Position numbers and translations under genes: made by a program
The notes under the pieces: model-generated
Seen by the model: the letters and a program-made list of their open reading frames with translations, nothing else
The model's database searches: none
What the model was told of the DNA's origin: nothing
Part shown: piece after piece, positions 25,101 to 43,858 of the stretch
Position numbering within the stretch: position 1 is the stretch's first letter
How the letters are laid out: each line of letters opens with the position of its first letter
Source: Escherichia coli
GTDB lineage: Bacteria > Pseudomonadota > Gammaproteobacteria > Enterobacterales > Enterobacteriaceae
Length of the DNA: 64,000 nucleotides
Assembly: GCF_024298765.1 (NCBI RefSeq)
Contig: NZ_CP101210.1
Reading direction: 5' to 3' (one strand)

Positions 25101-26137
25101 TACGGGCCGTGATCCAGGTCGTTTGTGAACAGCGTTTCGATACGCTTGTGACCAGACTGGCTCAGCTTAGCCAGCAGATCCAGGCTCAGCTCCATGTTCG
25201 CTGCGCAGATCAGCTCGCCGGTAGACTCATCAATATAGTCTTTAGCAACCACTTTACCTGCGATGTACTCAACCGGGACTTCGATCAGTTTGACGTCGTC
25301 TTTTTCCAGCTGGCGAATGTGGCGCGCAGTGATACGGCGGCCTTTTTCTACGTACACTTTACCGTTAGCTTCGATGTCAAAAGATGCGGTTTCACCACGC
25401 AGGCGTTCCGGCACCAGTTCCATCTGCAGCTTGTTATCACGGATTTCAAAGATAACTTTTTCAAAGAACAGGTCAAGGATCTGCTCTGTGGTGTAGTTCA
25501 GGGCGCGCAGAATGATGGTCGCAGGCAGTTTACGGCGACGGTCGATACGTACGAACAGGTTGTCCTTCGGATCGAATTCGAAGTCCAGCCAGGAACCACG
25601 GTAAGGGATGATGCGCGCGTTATACAGCACTTTACCCGAAGAGTGGGTTTTACCTTTGTCGGAGTCAAAGAAGACGCCCGGACTACGGTGCAGCTGGGAA
25701 ACGATAACACGCTCAGTACCGTTGATAACAAAGGTACCGTTGTCTGTCATGAGCGGAATTTCGCCCATGTAGACTTCTTGTTCTTTAATGTCTTTTACGG
25801 TGCCTTCCGGCGCTTCGCGCTCATAGATCACCAGACGCAGTTTAACGCGCAGCGGTGCGGAATAGGTCACGCCACGGATTTGACATTCCTGGACGTCAAA
25901 CACCGGTTCGCCAAGGCGGTAGCTGACGTATTGCAGCTCGGAATTACCGCTGTAGCTCTGAATCGGGAATACGGAACGGAAAGCAGCTTCCAGACCATAC
26001 TGCCCTTCAGGATCTTGCTCGATAAATTTCTGAAACGAGTCAAGCTGGATAGAAAGGAGATAAGGTACATCCAGAACTTGTGGACGTTTACCAAAATCCT
26101 TACGAATACGTTTTTTCTCGGTATAGGAGTAAACCAT
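22109..26137 (-). CDS. rpoB: DNA-directed RNA polymerase beta subunit
   Basis: 1342 aa from [35 protein letters not shown]; track ORF has 11 extra upstream codons. Confidence 0.99.
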
Positions 26138-26382
26138 AGGGTTCCTCAGCTCGCTGACAAGTCGACCCATCTGTCCATTGAGCGGACAGTTTGTGCAACA
26201 CTATTTTGTTGACCGGAAAATGGAACACTTTCCGCAATGCCTGTTGCTATCACGCTTAAACCATTTCATTGCGATTTACACAGAACGGACGTCCTGTCGC
26301 AGTATATTAAGTCGTCGATAGAAACAAGCATTGAAAGGCACAGCAGTAGTCAAACAGTGTGAAACGCTACTGGCGCCTTACA

Positions 26383-26440
26383 GCGCAAAAAGGCTGGTGA
26401 CTAAAAAGTCACCAGCCATCAGCCTGATTTCTCAGGCTGC
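26383..26440 (-). terminator. rplL-rpoB intergenic attenuator hairpins
   Basis: Minus strand: cagcctgagaaatcaggctg then aggctggtgactttttagtcaccagccttttt (stem-loop plus U-run) between rplL and rpoB. Confidence 0.7.
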
Positions 26441-26456
26441 AACCGGAAGGGTTGGC

Positions 26457-26822
<366 letters not shown>

Positions 26823-26888
26823 TTAAATTGTTCCTGAATATCAGAATAAGTTTATACGTAAGCGAATGCGTTAAAAAGATAACTGCGA

Positions 26889-27386
26889 TTAAGCAGCTTC
26901 TTTCGCATCGCGTACAGCAGCCAGAGTACGAACCAGTTTGCCAGCCGAAGCTTCTTTCATGGTTGCCATCAGGCGTGCAATTGCTTCTTCGTAGGTCGGC
27001 AGAGTTGCCAGGCGGTCGATCTGAGACGCCGGGATCAGCTCACCTTCAAAGGCAGCGGCTTTGACCTCAAATTTTGCATTCGCTTTCGCGAACTCTTTGA
27101 ACAGACGAGCAGCAGCGCCCGGGTGTTCCATAGAGTATGCAATCAGGGTCGGACCAACAAACGCGTCTTTCAGGCACTCGAACGGAGTACCTTCAACAGC
27201 ACGGCGCAGCAGGGTGTTACGAACAACACGCATGTATACGCCAGCTTCGCGACCTGCTTTACGCAGTTCAGTCATTTTATCTACAGTTACGCCACGGGAA
27301 TCCGCAACTACTGCAGACAGCGCGCCTTTGGCTACTTCGCTGACTTCAGCAACAATCGCTTGTTTGTCTTGAAGATTTAAAGCCAT
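26889..27386 (-). CDS. rplJ: 50S ribosomal protein L10
   Basis: 165 aa [64 protein letters not shown]. Confidence 0.98.
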
Positions 27387-27790
27387 TAGCTTTGCTCCTG
27401 GATGTTTGCCAGAGAAAATCTCTGGAACTCACTTCACTCCTCCAAACGGAGAGAGCGTCTTAATTACGGTGAGCAGAAACAAGCCAGAATATAAAAGAAT
27501 AATCTTAGCGTTCTGTCACCGTCTACGCAGGGGATTAAGTTTCTTGCGAAACTCCTGCGGTCTTCGACGGAGGCCTGGATAGGCCAGGCTCCAACGAACA
27601 AATCTTTTCTATCCGTCGCTATTCAGCTTGTGGCGGCGTTGGCTTCCTTCGTTCGCACCAGTCACATAGTTAACTATGCTCCTGGCGACTCGCTCAGTTA
27701 CCGCCTTGCCACAACCCGAATATCTCGGATATACGTCTGCATTAAGCATTATACGTGGGGGTAAGATTGTAGACAAAATCACCGCCCACG
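27387..27790 (-). promoter_or_regulatory. rplJ promoter (PL10) and long 5' leader (L10/L12 autoregulatory region)
   Basis: Minus strand ...ttgtctacaatcttacccccacgTATAATgc... just downstream of the rplA stop; about 370-nt untranslated leader before rplJ. Confidence 0.6.
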
Positions 27791-27798
27791 TAAAGGCA

Positions 27799-28998
<1,200 letters not shown>

Positions 28999-29011
28999 TT
29001 ACGGGCAAGGC

Positions 29012-29056
29012 CCATAAAAACAAAAGGCGCGAAATTGTATTCCAATCTCGCGCCTT
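29012..29056 (-). terminator. Intrinsic terminator downstream of nusG
   Basis: Minus strand aaggcgcgagattggaatacaatttcgcgcctt followed by ttgtttttatggg. Confidence 0.7.
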
Positions 29057-29093
29057 GTGCAACGATTAAATCGCCGCTTTTTTGATCGCTGGG

Positions 29094-29639
29094 TTAAGCT
29101 TTTTCAACCTGGCTGAAGTCCAGCTCTACCGGGGTCGCACGACCGAAGATAGAAACAGACACTTTCAGACGAGATTTCTCGTAATCCACTTCTTCAACAA
29201 CACCGTTGAAGTCAGCGAACGGACCATCATTAACACGGACCATTTCACCCGGTTCAAACAGCGTTTTCGGACGCGGCTTATCACCAACCTGCTGCAGGCG
29301 GTTCATAATCGCATCGACTTCTTTATCGCTGATTGGTGCAGGACGATCGGAAGTACCGCCGATGAAGCCCATCACACGCGGTACGCTGCGCACCAGGTGC
29401 CAGCTCGCGTCGTTCATCACCATCTGAACGAGGACGTAGCCAGGGAAGAATTTACGTTCGCTTTTGCGACGCTGACCGCCACGGATTTCAACCACTTCTT
29501 CGGTTGGTACCATGACTTCACCAAACAAATCTTCCATGTTGTGTAATTTGATATGCTCACGCAGCGACGTTGCTACGCGGCCTTCAAAACCGGAAAACGC
29601 CTGAACGACGTACCAGCGCTTTTTAGGAGCTTCAGACAT
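29094..29639 (-). CDS. nusG: Transcription termination/antitermination factor NusG
   Basis: 181 aa [73 protein letters not shown]. Confidence 0.98.
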
Positions 29640-29640
29640 C

Positions 29641-30024
29641 TCAGAACCTCAGGCCAGTGATAAAGGATACCAGGCGAACCAGAATACCATCCAGTCCCCA
29701 CAGGATCAGTGACATTACTGCGGTAACCGCAGCCACAATCAGCGTGGTGTGCAATGTTTCCTGGCGAGTCGGCCAAATGACCTTACGGACTTCGGTACGC
29801 GCTTCACGGGCAAAAGCAACGGTAGCTTTACCTTTTGTCGTTAACAGCGCGACACCACCCGCTGCAGCAATCAGAATTACTACGGCCAGCGCACGCAGCG
29901 GCAGCATAATGTCGCGATAAAGATAGTTGCCGACAATCGCCACCAGGAGCAATGCCACCACAACGACCCACTTCATCGCTTCCAGGCCGCGCCCGCTTCC
30001 TTGAGCTTCGGTATTCGCACTCAT
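29641..30024 (-). CDS. secE: Preprotein translocase subunit SecE
   Basis: 127 aa [45 protein letters not shown]; three TM segments. Confidence 0.97.
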
Positions 30025-30189
30025 AAACCAACCTGTCAGAAGTATTCTACAAACATTTTCACCCCGCGATCGCGAGGCAAACCAAATCGAAACGCGTATT
30101 AGCTTTTCGGATTATACGCCCTCAACAGAGCCTGTCTCAGCAATGATTATGACAAAGAAAATCACTGATGAGCCAGGTTCTGGTACGAA

Positions 30190-30221
30190 AGCGTGCAAAA
30201 AGGGCATCAAATGATGCCCTT
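30190..30221 (-). terminator. Intrinsic terminator downstream of tufB
   Basis: Minus strand aaaagggcatcatttgatgccctttttgcacg. Confidence 0.7.
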
Positions 30222-30253
30222 TTAGTGCGCATTGCGTCAAATGTTATCGGCAA

Positions 30254-31474
<1,221 letters not shown>

Positions 31475-31552
31475 TCACCACATCAACCAGGCAACATGCC
31501 CGACTTGTTGAATGCAATAAACAGAAGGAAAAAACAGGGAGGAGAAAAGAAG

Positions 31553-31628
31553 TGGTGCTGATAGGCAGATTCGAACTGCCGACCTCACCCTTACCAAGGG
31601 TGCGCTCTACCAACTGAGCTATATCAGC
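31553..31628 (-). tRNA. thrT: tRNA-Thr (anticodon GGU)
   Basis: Reverse complement GCTGATATAGCTCAGTTGGTAGAGCGCACCCTTGGTAAGGGTGAGGTCGGCAGTTCGAATCTGCCTATCAGCACCA. Confidence 0.95.
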
Positions 31629-31634
31629 ACATCT

Positions 31635-31709
<75 letters not shown>

Positions 31710-31825
31710 ATCCTGGAACTCGGCTACCTGATTTTCATTCTGCACTGAATATCGAGAGAAGCTCTCTTTATTCGAGCCGGTAAGCGAACTTATCGTCTCG
31801 GGCTACGCCATCGCGTGGCCGAAAT

Positions 31826-31910
<85 letters not shown>

Positions 31911-31918
31911 GGACTTGA

Positions 31919-31994
<76 letters not shown>

Positions 31995-32004
31995 ATCAAG
32001 TAGC

Positions 32005-32075
32005 GCGCATTCTATGGAGACATGCGAGTTCATGCAACTAAAAAATTGCATAATTTGTTTTATTGGTCACATTTT
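32005..32075 (-). promoter_or_regulatory. Promoter of the thrU-tyrU-glyT-thrT-tufB operon with AT-rich upstream element
   Basis: Minus strand TTGCATgaactcgcatgtctccaTAGAATgcgcgcta (17-bp spacer) preceded by an AT-rich tract. Confidence 0.6.
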
Positions 32076-32355
32076 ATGCGACGCGATGAAGAAACAGCCG
32101 AATGGAGGGCAGATTAGCACACTTTTTCAACATCATTGTGCTCAACAATGCGCTCCTGCTAAACCATAATTCTTTTTATCAGATGGAATATCTGTCACAT
32201 TGCTTTTCAACGATAGCTTCCTGGGAGAGATTTTTTCTTATTATTCCTCCCCATCTGGTGTTACCCTCCTGCCCATTAACCCATTCAACAGAACTGTGGC
32301 GCGCCATGGCAAATATCGCTTTGCCGATAGAGCTATGACCGCCAGAAACATGCTT

Positions 32356-33306
32356 ATGAGTATAAAAGAGCAAACGTTAATGACGCCTTACCTACAGTTT
32401 GACCGCAACCAGTGGGCAGCTCTGCGTGATTCCGTACCTATGACGTTATCGGAAGATGAGATCGCCCGTCTCAAAGGTATTAATGAAGATCTCTCGTTAG
32501 AAGAAGTTGCCGAGATCTATTTACCTCTATCACGTTTGCTGAACTTCTATATAAGCTCGAATCTGCGCCGTCAGGCAGTTCTGGAACAGTTTCTTGGTAC
32601 CAACGGGCAACGCATTCCTTACATTATCAGTATTGCTGGTAGTGTCGCGGTGGGGAAAAGTACAACCGCCCGTGTATTGCAGGCGCTATTAAGCCGTTGG
32701 CCGGAACATCGTCGTGTTGAACTGATCACTACAGATGGCTTCCTTCACCCTAATCAGGTTCTGAAAGAACGTGGTCTGATGAAGAAGAAAGGCTTCCCGG
32801 AATCGTATGATATGCATCGCTTGGTGAAGTTTGTTTCCGATCTCAAATCCGGCGTGCCAAACGTTACAGCACCTGTTTACTCGCATCTTATTTATGATGT
32901 GATCCCGGATGGAGATAAAACGGTTGTTCAGCCTGATATTTTAATTCTTGAAGGGTTAAATGTCTTACAGAGCGGGATGGATTATCCACACGATCCACAT
33001 CATGTATTTGTTTCTGATTTTGTCGATTTTTCGATATATGTTGATGCACCGGAAGACTTACTTCAGACGTGGTATATCAACCGTTTCCTGAAATTCCGCG
33101 AAGGGGCTTTTACAGACCCGGATTCCTATTTTCATAACTACGCGAAATTAACTAAAGAAGAAGCGATTAATACTGCCATGACGTTGTGGAAAGAGATCAA
33201 CTGGCTGAACTTAAAGCAAAATATTCTACCTACTCGCGAGCGCGCCAGTTTAATCCTAACGAAAAGTGCTAATCATGCGGTAGAAGAGGTCAGACTACGC
33301 AAATAA
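32356..33306 (+). CDS. coaA: Pantothenate kinase (type I)
   Basis: 316 aa from [26 protein letters not shown]; P-loop GSVAVGKST; track ORF extended upstream. Confidence 0.95.
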   Translation: MSIKEQTLMTPYLQFDRNQWAALRDSVPMTLSEDEIARLKGINEDLSLEEVAEIYLPLSRLLNFYISSNLRRQAVLEQFLGTNGQRIPYIISIAGSVAVGKSTTARVLQALLSRWPEHRRVELITTDGFLHPNQVLKERGLMKKKGFPESYDMHRLVKFVSDLKSGVPNVTAPVYSHLIYDVIPDGDKTVVQPDILILEGLNVLQSGMDYPHDPHHVFVSDFVDFSIYVDAPEDLLQTWYINRFLKFREGAFTDPDSYFHNYAKLTKEEAINTAMTLWKEINWLNLKQNILPTRERASLILTKSANHAVEEVRLRK

Positions 33307-33309
33307 TTT

Positions 33310-33333
33310 TCAGGGGAGCTAATGCTCCCCTAT
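33310..33333. terminator. Bidirectional hairpin between convergent coaA and birA
   Basis: aggggagctaatgctcccct flanked by A/T runs on both sides. Confidence 0.5.
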
Positions 33334-33334
33334 C

Positions 33335-34300
33335 TTATTTTTCCGCACTACGCAGGGATATTTCACCGCCCATCCAGGGTTTTATTATTCCATCCTGCTC
33401 AAGCAATAAAGCGCCCTGTTTGTCTATTCCACGTGAAATGCCAAATATTTCTTTATCACCAATGATAAGTTTCACTGGGCGATTAATAAAATTATCCAGC
33501 TTTTCCCAGCGCGAAAGATAAGGTGCCAATCCTTCTTGCTCGAAGAGTTCCAGCGCCGCGCGTAATTCACGTATGAGCATGGCCGCCAACGTATTACGAT
33601 CGAGATTGATTCCCGCTTCCTGCAGCGTGATCCACCCTTGATTAACGACACTCTCTTCAACACGACGCATTGCCATGTTGATCCCGGCTCCAATGACTAT
33701 TTGCGCCGCATCGCCGGTTTTGCCAGTTAGCTCCACAAGAATGCCTGCCAGCTTGCGATCCTGCAGATAGAGGTCATTAGGCCATTTAACACGAACTTTA
33801 TCTGCACCCAGCTTGCGTAATACTTCCGCCATCACGATACCGATAACCAGACTTAAACCAATCGCCGCCGCCGGGCCTTGTTCCAGACGCCAGAACATCG
33901 ACAAATATAAGTTTGCGCCAAAAGGCGAAAACCATTTCCGCCCCCGGCGACCACGGCCAGCCTGCTGGTATTCTGCAACACAGGCATCGCCCGATTTAAG
34001 CTCTCCGATACGATCAAGAAGGTACTGATTCGTGGAGTCAATAACGGGCAGCACAGTTACACTACCGCCATCCAGCTGACCCAATATCTGTTCAGCATTA
34101 AGTAACTGGATAGGCTCAGGCAGGCTGTATCCTTTACCCGGAACGGTAAAGACATCAACGCCCCAGTCACGCAGTGTCTGAATGTGTTTATTAATAGCCG
34201 CCCGGCTCATTCCTAACGTTTCACCCAACTGCTCACCAGAGTGAAATTCGCCATTCGCTAACAGCGCGATTAATTTCAGCGGAACGGTATTATCCTTCAT
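33335..34300 (-). CDS. birA: Biotin-protein ligase / bio operon repressor
   Basis: 321 aa [62 protein letters not shown]. Confidence 0.97.
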   Translation of the reverse strand: MKDNTVPLKLIALLANGEFHSGEQLGETLGMSRAAINKHIQTLRDWGVDVFTVPGKGYSLPEPIQLLNAEQILGQLDGGSVTVLPVIDSTNQYLLDRIGELKSGDACVAEYQQAGRGRRGRKWFSPFGANLYLSMFWRLEQGPAAAIGLSLVIGIVMAEVLRKLGADKVRVKWPNDLYLQDRKLAGILVELTGKTGDAAQIVIGAGINMAMRRVEESVVNQGWITLQEAGINLDRNTLAAMLIRELRAALELFEQEGLAPYLSRWEKLDNFINRPVKLIIGDKEIFGISRGIDKQGALLLEQDGIIKPWMGGEISLRSAEK

Positions 34301-35325
34301 GAAATCGTCTCCACTGCGCTAACTTCACCTGATGCACCAATAAAGCGAACTTCAGGCTCAAGCCAGACATTAAATTTTTCACCCACTTTTTGTCTTACAT
34401 GATGTGCCAGTTGCACCACATCTTCGCTTTTTGCATTGTCTTCATTAATGAGGACTAACGCCTGTTGACGGTGCACCGCAGCACCACCCATTTGCATCCC
34501 TTTTAGCTGGCACTGATCGATAAGCCAACCTGCTGCCAGTTTTACTGAACCATCCGCCTGGGGATAATTTGGTGCTGTTGGAAATTGTGCCAGTAATGCT
34601 TTAGCCGTTTCGGCAGATACAACAGGGTTTTTGAAGAAACTACCGGCATTGCCATTCACTTTTGGATCAGGGAGTTTGGTGGTGCGCATATGACACACCG
34701 CATTAAATACTTGCTGTGGCGTTACGGTTGTAGGATCCAGACGAGTTAAGTCACCATACGTTAGTACAGGTTGCCACTCTTTTGGCAGACGCAGACCTAC
34801 GGCTACAATGGCGAAGCGGTCCTGGTATTCATGTTTAAAAATACTGTCGCGATAGCCAAAACGGCACTCTTTGGCAGTTAAGCGCACTAGCTTGCCTGTC
34901 GCCAGTTCAACACAGTCAACATAAGCGCAAACTCGCTGTAATTCTACGCCATAAGCACCAATATTCTGGATAGGTGATGAGCCGACACAACCAGGAATTA
35001 ATGCCAGATTTTCCAGACCAGGCATACCTTCCTGCAAAGTGTATTTTACCAGGCGATGCCAGTTTTCTCCGGCTCCTACATGTAAATACCACGCATCAGG
35101 TTCATCATGAATTTCGATACCTTTAATCCGGTTGATGATCACCGTGCCGCGATAGTCTTCCAGAAAAAGTACATTACTTCCTTCACCCAGAATAAGAACG
35201 GGTTGTCCTTCTGCGGTTGCATGCTGCCAGGCATTGAGTAGTTGTTGTTCGTCTTCGGCACATACAATGTGCTGAGCATTATGATCAATGCCAAATGTGT
35301 TCCAGGGTTTTAAGGAGTGGTTCAT
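34297..35325 (-). CDS. murB: UDP-N-acetylenolpyruvoylglucosamine reductase
   Basis: 342 aa [34 protein letters not shown]; 4-bp overlap with birA. Confidence 0.97.
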   Translation of the reverse strand: MNHSLKPWNTFGIDHNAQHIVCAEDEQQLLNAWQHATAEGQPVLILGEGSNVLFLEDYRGTVIINRIKGIEIHDEPDAWYLHVGAGENWHRLVKYTLQEGMPGLENLALIPGCVGSSPIQNIGAYGVELQRVCAYVDCVELATGKLVRLTAKECRFGYRDSIFKHEYQDRFAIVAVGLRLPKEWQPVLTYGDLTRLDPTTVTPQQVFNAVCHMRTTKLPDPKVNGNAGSFFKNPVVSAETAKALLAQFPTAPNYPQADGSVKLAAGWLIDQCQLKGMQMGGAAVHRQQALVLINEDNAKSEDVVQLAHHVRQKVGEKFNVWLEPEVRFIGASGEVSAVETIS

Positions 35326-35411
35326 AGCTGCTTTCCTGATGCAAAAACGAGGCTAGTTTACCGTATCTGCGGGGGGATGGCTTGTAGATATGATGACAGG
35401 AAGAGTTTGTA

Positions 35412-35447
35412 GAAACGCAAAAAGGCCCAGTCTTCCGACCGAGCCTT
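35412..35447 (-). terminator. rrn operon terminator (single hairpin)
   Basis: Minus strand aaggctcggtcggaagactgggccTTTTTgcgtttc immediately 3' of the 5S gene. Confidence 0.65.
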
Positions 35448-35459
35448 CTGCTTAATTTG

Positions 35460-35579
35460 ATGCCTGGCAGTTCCCTACTCTCGCATGGGGAGACCCCACA
35501 CTACCATCAGCGCTACGGCGTTTCACTTCTGAGTTCGGCATGGGGTCAGGTGGGACCACCGCGCTAAGGCCGCCAGGCA
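35460..35579 (-). rRNA. rrfB: 5S ribosomal RNA
   Basis: Reverse complement TGCCTGGCGGCC...GGGAACTGCCAGGCAT, 120 nt; two positions differ from the 5S sequence I recall. Confidence 0.9.
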
Positions 35580-35677
35580 AATTCTGTTTTATCAACACGT
35601 CTCGTTATGACCTGTCGATTTAATCTGTATCAGGCTGAAAATCTTCTCTCTATCCGCCAAAACACCTTCGGCGTTGT

Positions 35678-38583
<2,906 letters not shown>

Positions 38584-38767
38584 TCACAACCCGAAGATGT
38601 TTCACTTCAGAGTTGCGAAAATTTGAGAGACTCACGAACAACTTTCGTTGTTCAGTGTTTCAATTTTCAGCTTGATCCAGATTTTTAAAGAGCAAATATC
38701 TCAAACATCACCCGAAGATGAGTTTTGAGATATTAAGGCAGGTGACTTTCACTCACAAACCAGCAAG

Positions 38768-38843
38768 TGGCGTCCCCTAGGGGATTCGAACCCCTGTTAC
38801 CGCCGTGAAAGGGCGGTGTCCTGGGCCTCTAGACGAAGGGGAC
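38768..38843 (-). tRNA. gltT: tRNA-Glu (anticodon UUC) in the 16S-23S spacer
   Basis: Reverse complement GTCCCCTTCGTCTAGAGGCCCAGGACACCGCCCTTTCACGGCGGTAACAGGGGTTCGAATCCCCTAGGGGACGCCA. Confidence 0.93.
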
Positions 38844-38928
38844 GTATCAGTCTGCTTCGCAAGACGCCTTGCTTTTCACTTTCTATCAGACAATCTGTGT
38901 GAGCACTGCAAAGAACGCTTCTTTAAGG

Positions 38929-40470
<1,542 letters not shown>

Positions 40471-40800
40471 AAAAGTTTGATGCTCAAAGAATTAAACTTC
40501 GTAATGAATTACGTGTTCACTCTTGAGACTTGGTATTCATTTTTCGTCTTGCGACGTTAAGAATCCGTATCTTCGAGTGCCCACACAGATTGTCTGATAA
40601 ATTGTTAAAGAGCAGTGCCGCTTCGCTTTTTCTCAGCGGCGCGGGGTGTGCATGATACACTTTCCCGCTACAGAGTCAAGCATTTATTTTTGCTTTCTCT
40701 GCCGGAATTCTCAGGAGAACCCCGCTGACCCGGCGGCGTGTTTGCCGTTGTTCCGTGTCAGTGGTGGCGCATTATAGGGAGTTATTCCGGCCTGACAAGA
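40471..40800 (-). promoter_or_regulatory. rrn leader plus tandem P2 and P1 promoters
   Basis: Minus strand contains CTCCCTATAATGCGCCACCACTG (P1) and GCTTGACTCTGTAGCGGG...(P2 -35); leader conserved with 29..177. Confidence 0.7.
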
Positions 40801-40843
40801 GGAAATTTAAAATAATTTTCTGACCGCGCAACATTCAACCAAA

Positions 40844-41701
40844 TCAGTCTAAAACTGCCAGTTTTTCGAGCGTTTCGAAGCCGTAACGCTGTAAAACGGG
40901 CAATAATTGTTCAGCTTCTGGCGTCATTGCCATACAAAAGGCAATATTCGCATCGGCAGATTTTGCATCCGGGGCTTCATGTTCTAACAGCCAGGCCGTT
41001 CGGCGAGCAATCGCTGCGCCAGAATCCACCAGCCGGGTTCCCTCTGGCAGCACCTGTAACAGTTCTTCTTGTAGTAGAGGGAAATGGGTACACCCCAGTA
41101 CAACGGTATCTGGCGGCTCTTTCATTCTTAACCACGGACGCAAGATACGTTTTAGCGCATCCAGAGAAACATCTTCGCCATGCAGCTTCGCTTCAGCCAA
41201 CTCGACCATCTCTGCCGAGCCCAGCATTTCTATCTGGCATTCATTAGCGAAACGCGCGATCAGCTCATGAGTATAAGAACGTTTAACAGTTCCGCGGGTT
41301 GCCAGTAATCCGACAATGCCATTTGCCGTCAGACGTGCAGCAGGTTTAATCGCCGGCACGACACCAACAACCGGGAAGTCGAACTTTTCGCGTAATGCAG
41401 GAAGTGAAACGGTACTGGCGGTGTTGCAAGCGACCACAGCCAGCGCAAGGGGATAACGTTCTTGCACTGCGGTGACAATTGCCACCACTCGCTCAACAAT
41501 AAACTCTTCGCTTTTTTCGCCATACGGGAAAGCGACGTTATCGAAAGCATAAATGTAATGGAGATCCGGTAAGAGATGCCGGATCTCGTCATAGACCGAC
41601 AACCCACCGACGCCGGAGTCAAACACCAGCACGGTGGGACGTGGTTCAGAAGGTGTAGCTGCCAGACAAGGTGTATTCCCGTCCTGCAGTTTGGTAGCCA
41701 T
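40844..41701 (-). CDS. murI: Glutamate racemase
   Basis: 285 aa from [40 protein letters not shown]; 5' end overlaps btuB 3' end. Confidence 0.95.
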   Translation of the reverse strand: MATKLQDGNTPCLAATPSEPRPTVLVFDSGVGGLSVYDEIRHLLPDLHYIYAFDNVAFPYGEKSEEFIVERVVAIVTAVQERYPLALAVVACNTASTVSLPALREKFDFPVVGVVPAIKPAARLTANGIVGLLATRGTVKRSYTHELIARFANECQIEMLGSAEMVELAEAKLHGEDVSLDALKRILRPWLRMKEPPDTVVLGCTHFPLLQEELLQVLPEGTRLVDSGAAIARRTAWLLEHEAPDAKSADANIAFCMAMTPEAEQLLPVLQRYGFETLEKLAVLD

Positions 41702-43490
41702 AGACTGTCTCATAATCTTTGTCGAACAGGTTGGCTATTTTACCACGAACTGTCAGATGAGAGGTGACCGGATACGCAACCGCAAGATCCCACAAGCTCA
41801 CACCGCCCATTTTGACTGACTTATAGGGCCAGGATGAGTAATCCGAATCGTATCGCGATCCCAGATATTGATAAGTTACACCCCAGTCAAAATCGAACAC
41901 TTGCCAGTCGAGCTGATACTTTACTTGCTGTTTAGGACGACGTTCTAACGGTTTGTCAGTTAAGGCATTTCTGGCATCCGTATAATCGTAGCTAACGGTA
42001 TGCACCAGCGGTCCAGTCTCGAAGTTTGCTGTAGATTCAATACCCTTAATATGCACCTTTGCGTCGTTATAATATCTTTCGCAGTTTTGGGTACAATTAA
42101 TCATATCACTGATATCATTACGGTATCCTGAAATTCGCCAGTTCACTCCTGCTGTTAAGCCTTCAAACGCCCCTTCCCACTGTTTGCTTTTTTCTGGATC
42201 GAGATTCGGATTACCTTTGTAACCATATAACTGACCGAGATTTGGCGCTTTAAATGCAGTTCCATAGGAAGCGATAAAGCGATAGCCTTCAATAAACTCC
42301 CATCCCACACTGGATTGCCATGTTGTGTGGCGATCAAATTGCGAGTTGTCGTCATTACGCACCGCGCCTTCTAACGTAAAATCGCCAACTTTTTGTAATC
42401 CAGTCAGATAAATCCCCGTGTTACGCTGATCGTAACCTTTTGGCAAATATCCAGTTCCAGGAGTAGTGGATTGTTTTTGCCAGTCGATACCAGCTCCAAC
42501 ATCACCGTGACCGACTGTGACGCTATTTGTCCACTGGAGATTGTATTGTTTCATCTCATCCAGGTTAGCTGATGCGTCATAGCGTCCATAATGTGGATCG
42601 TAGTTGTAATCTTTACTATGGCTATAACTGGAAACAAGTTGAGATTGCAGTGTTTCGCCAGCGTAGCGAAGACCCGCATCCCAGCTTTGACTATAAAGTT
42701 TTCGTGTATCAATCAGCGGAGAACCAGGAGAGTACCAGGCGTCATATTTAGTTCGGTTATCATAGCCGTAGCCACGAACAAATCCGCTCCACGTATCAGA
42801 GAAGTTATGTTCAAGTTTGCCGTAGAGTGTTTTACTTAAAAAACCGTCTCTGTCTGACTGTGGCTGCATCCCAGTGTTGCCATAGGCAACGACATCAAAT
42901 CCCCTGGTATAGGCATAATCACCAAGAAGTGTTACTTGAGTATTTTCACCAATTTGTTGCTGAGTGGAAATATCGTAATTTTGATAACTATTACTTCCCC
43001 ATCCGGCTGAAATTTCAGTGCCAGTATTCTCACGGGAGGTAATAATATTTATCACACCGCCAATGGCATCTGAGCCATAAATCGCTGAACGTGGCCCACG
43101 GATATATTCGATACGCTGCACCAAAGCGATCGGAAACTGGCTCAGGTCAGCCGATCCGCTAACACCTGCTAAATTCAGACGTACACCATCAATTAAAACC
43201 AGTGCATGGTTAGAGTTCGTGCCTCGAATAAAAATAGTTGAGAGCTGACCTTCTCCTCCATTTTGTGCAATTGCCACACCAGGCAAACGGCGGAGAACAT
43301 CATTTACAGAGGAAACTTGCCATCGTTCAATATCCTCACGTGTCACGACAGTGACAGGAGCAAGCACGGCACTTAATGGTTCCTGAAAACGGTTAGCAGT
43401 AACAACGAGAGTATCCGGGCTGGTATCCTGTGCCCAAGCAGAAAAAGCTGTGACAGAACACGCCGTCAGCAGCGAAGCTTTTTTAATCAT
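41646..43490 (-). CDS. btuB: TonB-dependent vitamin B12 outer membrane transporter
   Basis: 614 aa from [35 protein letters not shown]; TonB box DTLVVTA; C-terminal F. Confidence 0.97.
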   Translation of the reverse strand: MIKKASLLTACSVTAFSAWAQDTSPDTLVVTANRFQEPLSAVLAPVTVVTREDIERWQVSSVNDVLRRLPGVAIAQNGGEGQLSTIFIRGTNSNHALVLIDGVRLNLAGVSGSADLSQFPIALVQRIEYIRGPRSAIYGSDAIGGVINIITSRENTGTEISAGWGSNSYQNYDISTQQQIGENTQVTLLGDYAYTRGFDVVAYGNTGMQPQSDRDGFLSKTLYGKLEHNFSDTWSGFVRGYGYDNRTKYDAWYSPGSPLIDTRKLYSQSWDAGLRYAGETLQSQLVSSYSHSKDYNYDPHYGRYDASANLDEMKQYNLQWTNSVTVGHGDVGAGIDWQKQSTTPGTGYLPKGYDQRNTGIYLTGLQKVGDFTLEGAVRNDDNSQFDRHTTWQSSVGWEFIEGYRFIASYGTAFKAPNLGQLYGYKGNPNLDPEKSKQWEGAFEGLTAGVNWRISGYRNDISDMINCTQNCERYYNDAKVHIKGIESTANFETGPLVHTVSYDYTDARNALTDKPLERRPKQQVKYQLDWQVFDFDWGVTYQYLGSRYDSDYSSWPYKSVKMGGVSLWDLAVAYPVTSHLTVRGKIANLFDKDYETVYGYQTAGREYTLSGSYTF

Positions 43491-43731
43491 TGTAAAGCAT
43501 CCACAATAGAAGAAGGATGCCGCAGGTTTCATCAATATTACGCGATGATGAGAACCAGATGCGACGTTAGCCGGCAGGTCTTCGGGCTTGGAGGGGTATC
43601 TAAGATACTAAGAGATGATGACTTCCCACCGGATGGCAGTGTCCGCATAACGCAATCATCGCACCTTTCCTTACCGCTGCGCGTCAGCTCCAGATTCGCA
43701 CTGGATTCCCTATTAACTCACAGGACCGGCA
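43491..43731 (-). promoter_or_regulatory. Cobalamin (AdoCbl) riboswitch / btuB leader
   Basis: Minus strand matches the btuB leader GCCGGTCCTGTGAGTTAATAGGGAATCCAGTGCGAATCTGGAGCTGACGCGCAGCGGTAAGGAAAGGTGCGATGATTGCG...CTGCCGGC... Confidence 0.85.
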
Positions 43732-43858
43732 AGTGGATGCTACAGGTTGTAACAAGTTACTGTCCAGACGTAGCTCACAAATAGGAATTCATCAAGATCT
43801 GGACATCTGATGAGCAATCCCTACAATCGCCGCGTACTTTAATTTTTCAGGATACATC

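Noticed and set aside
31710-31825. 116-bp spacer between glyT and tyrU as a possible extra small RNA
   Set aside because: It has no tRNA-like or terminator structure that I can see, and a spacer is expected inside this tRNA operon.
32102-32338. 78-aa ORF and the extended 368-aa coaA ORF upstream of the coaA start
   Set aside because: The native CoaA N-terminus ([13 protein letters not shown]) begins at 32356; the upstream extension lies in the promoter region.
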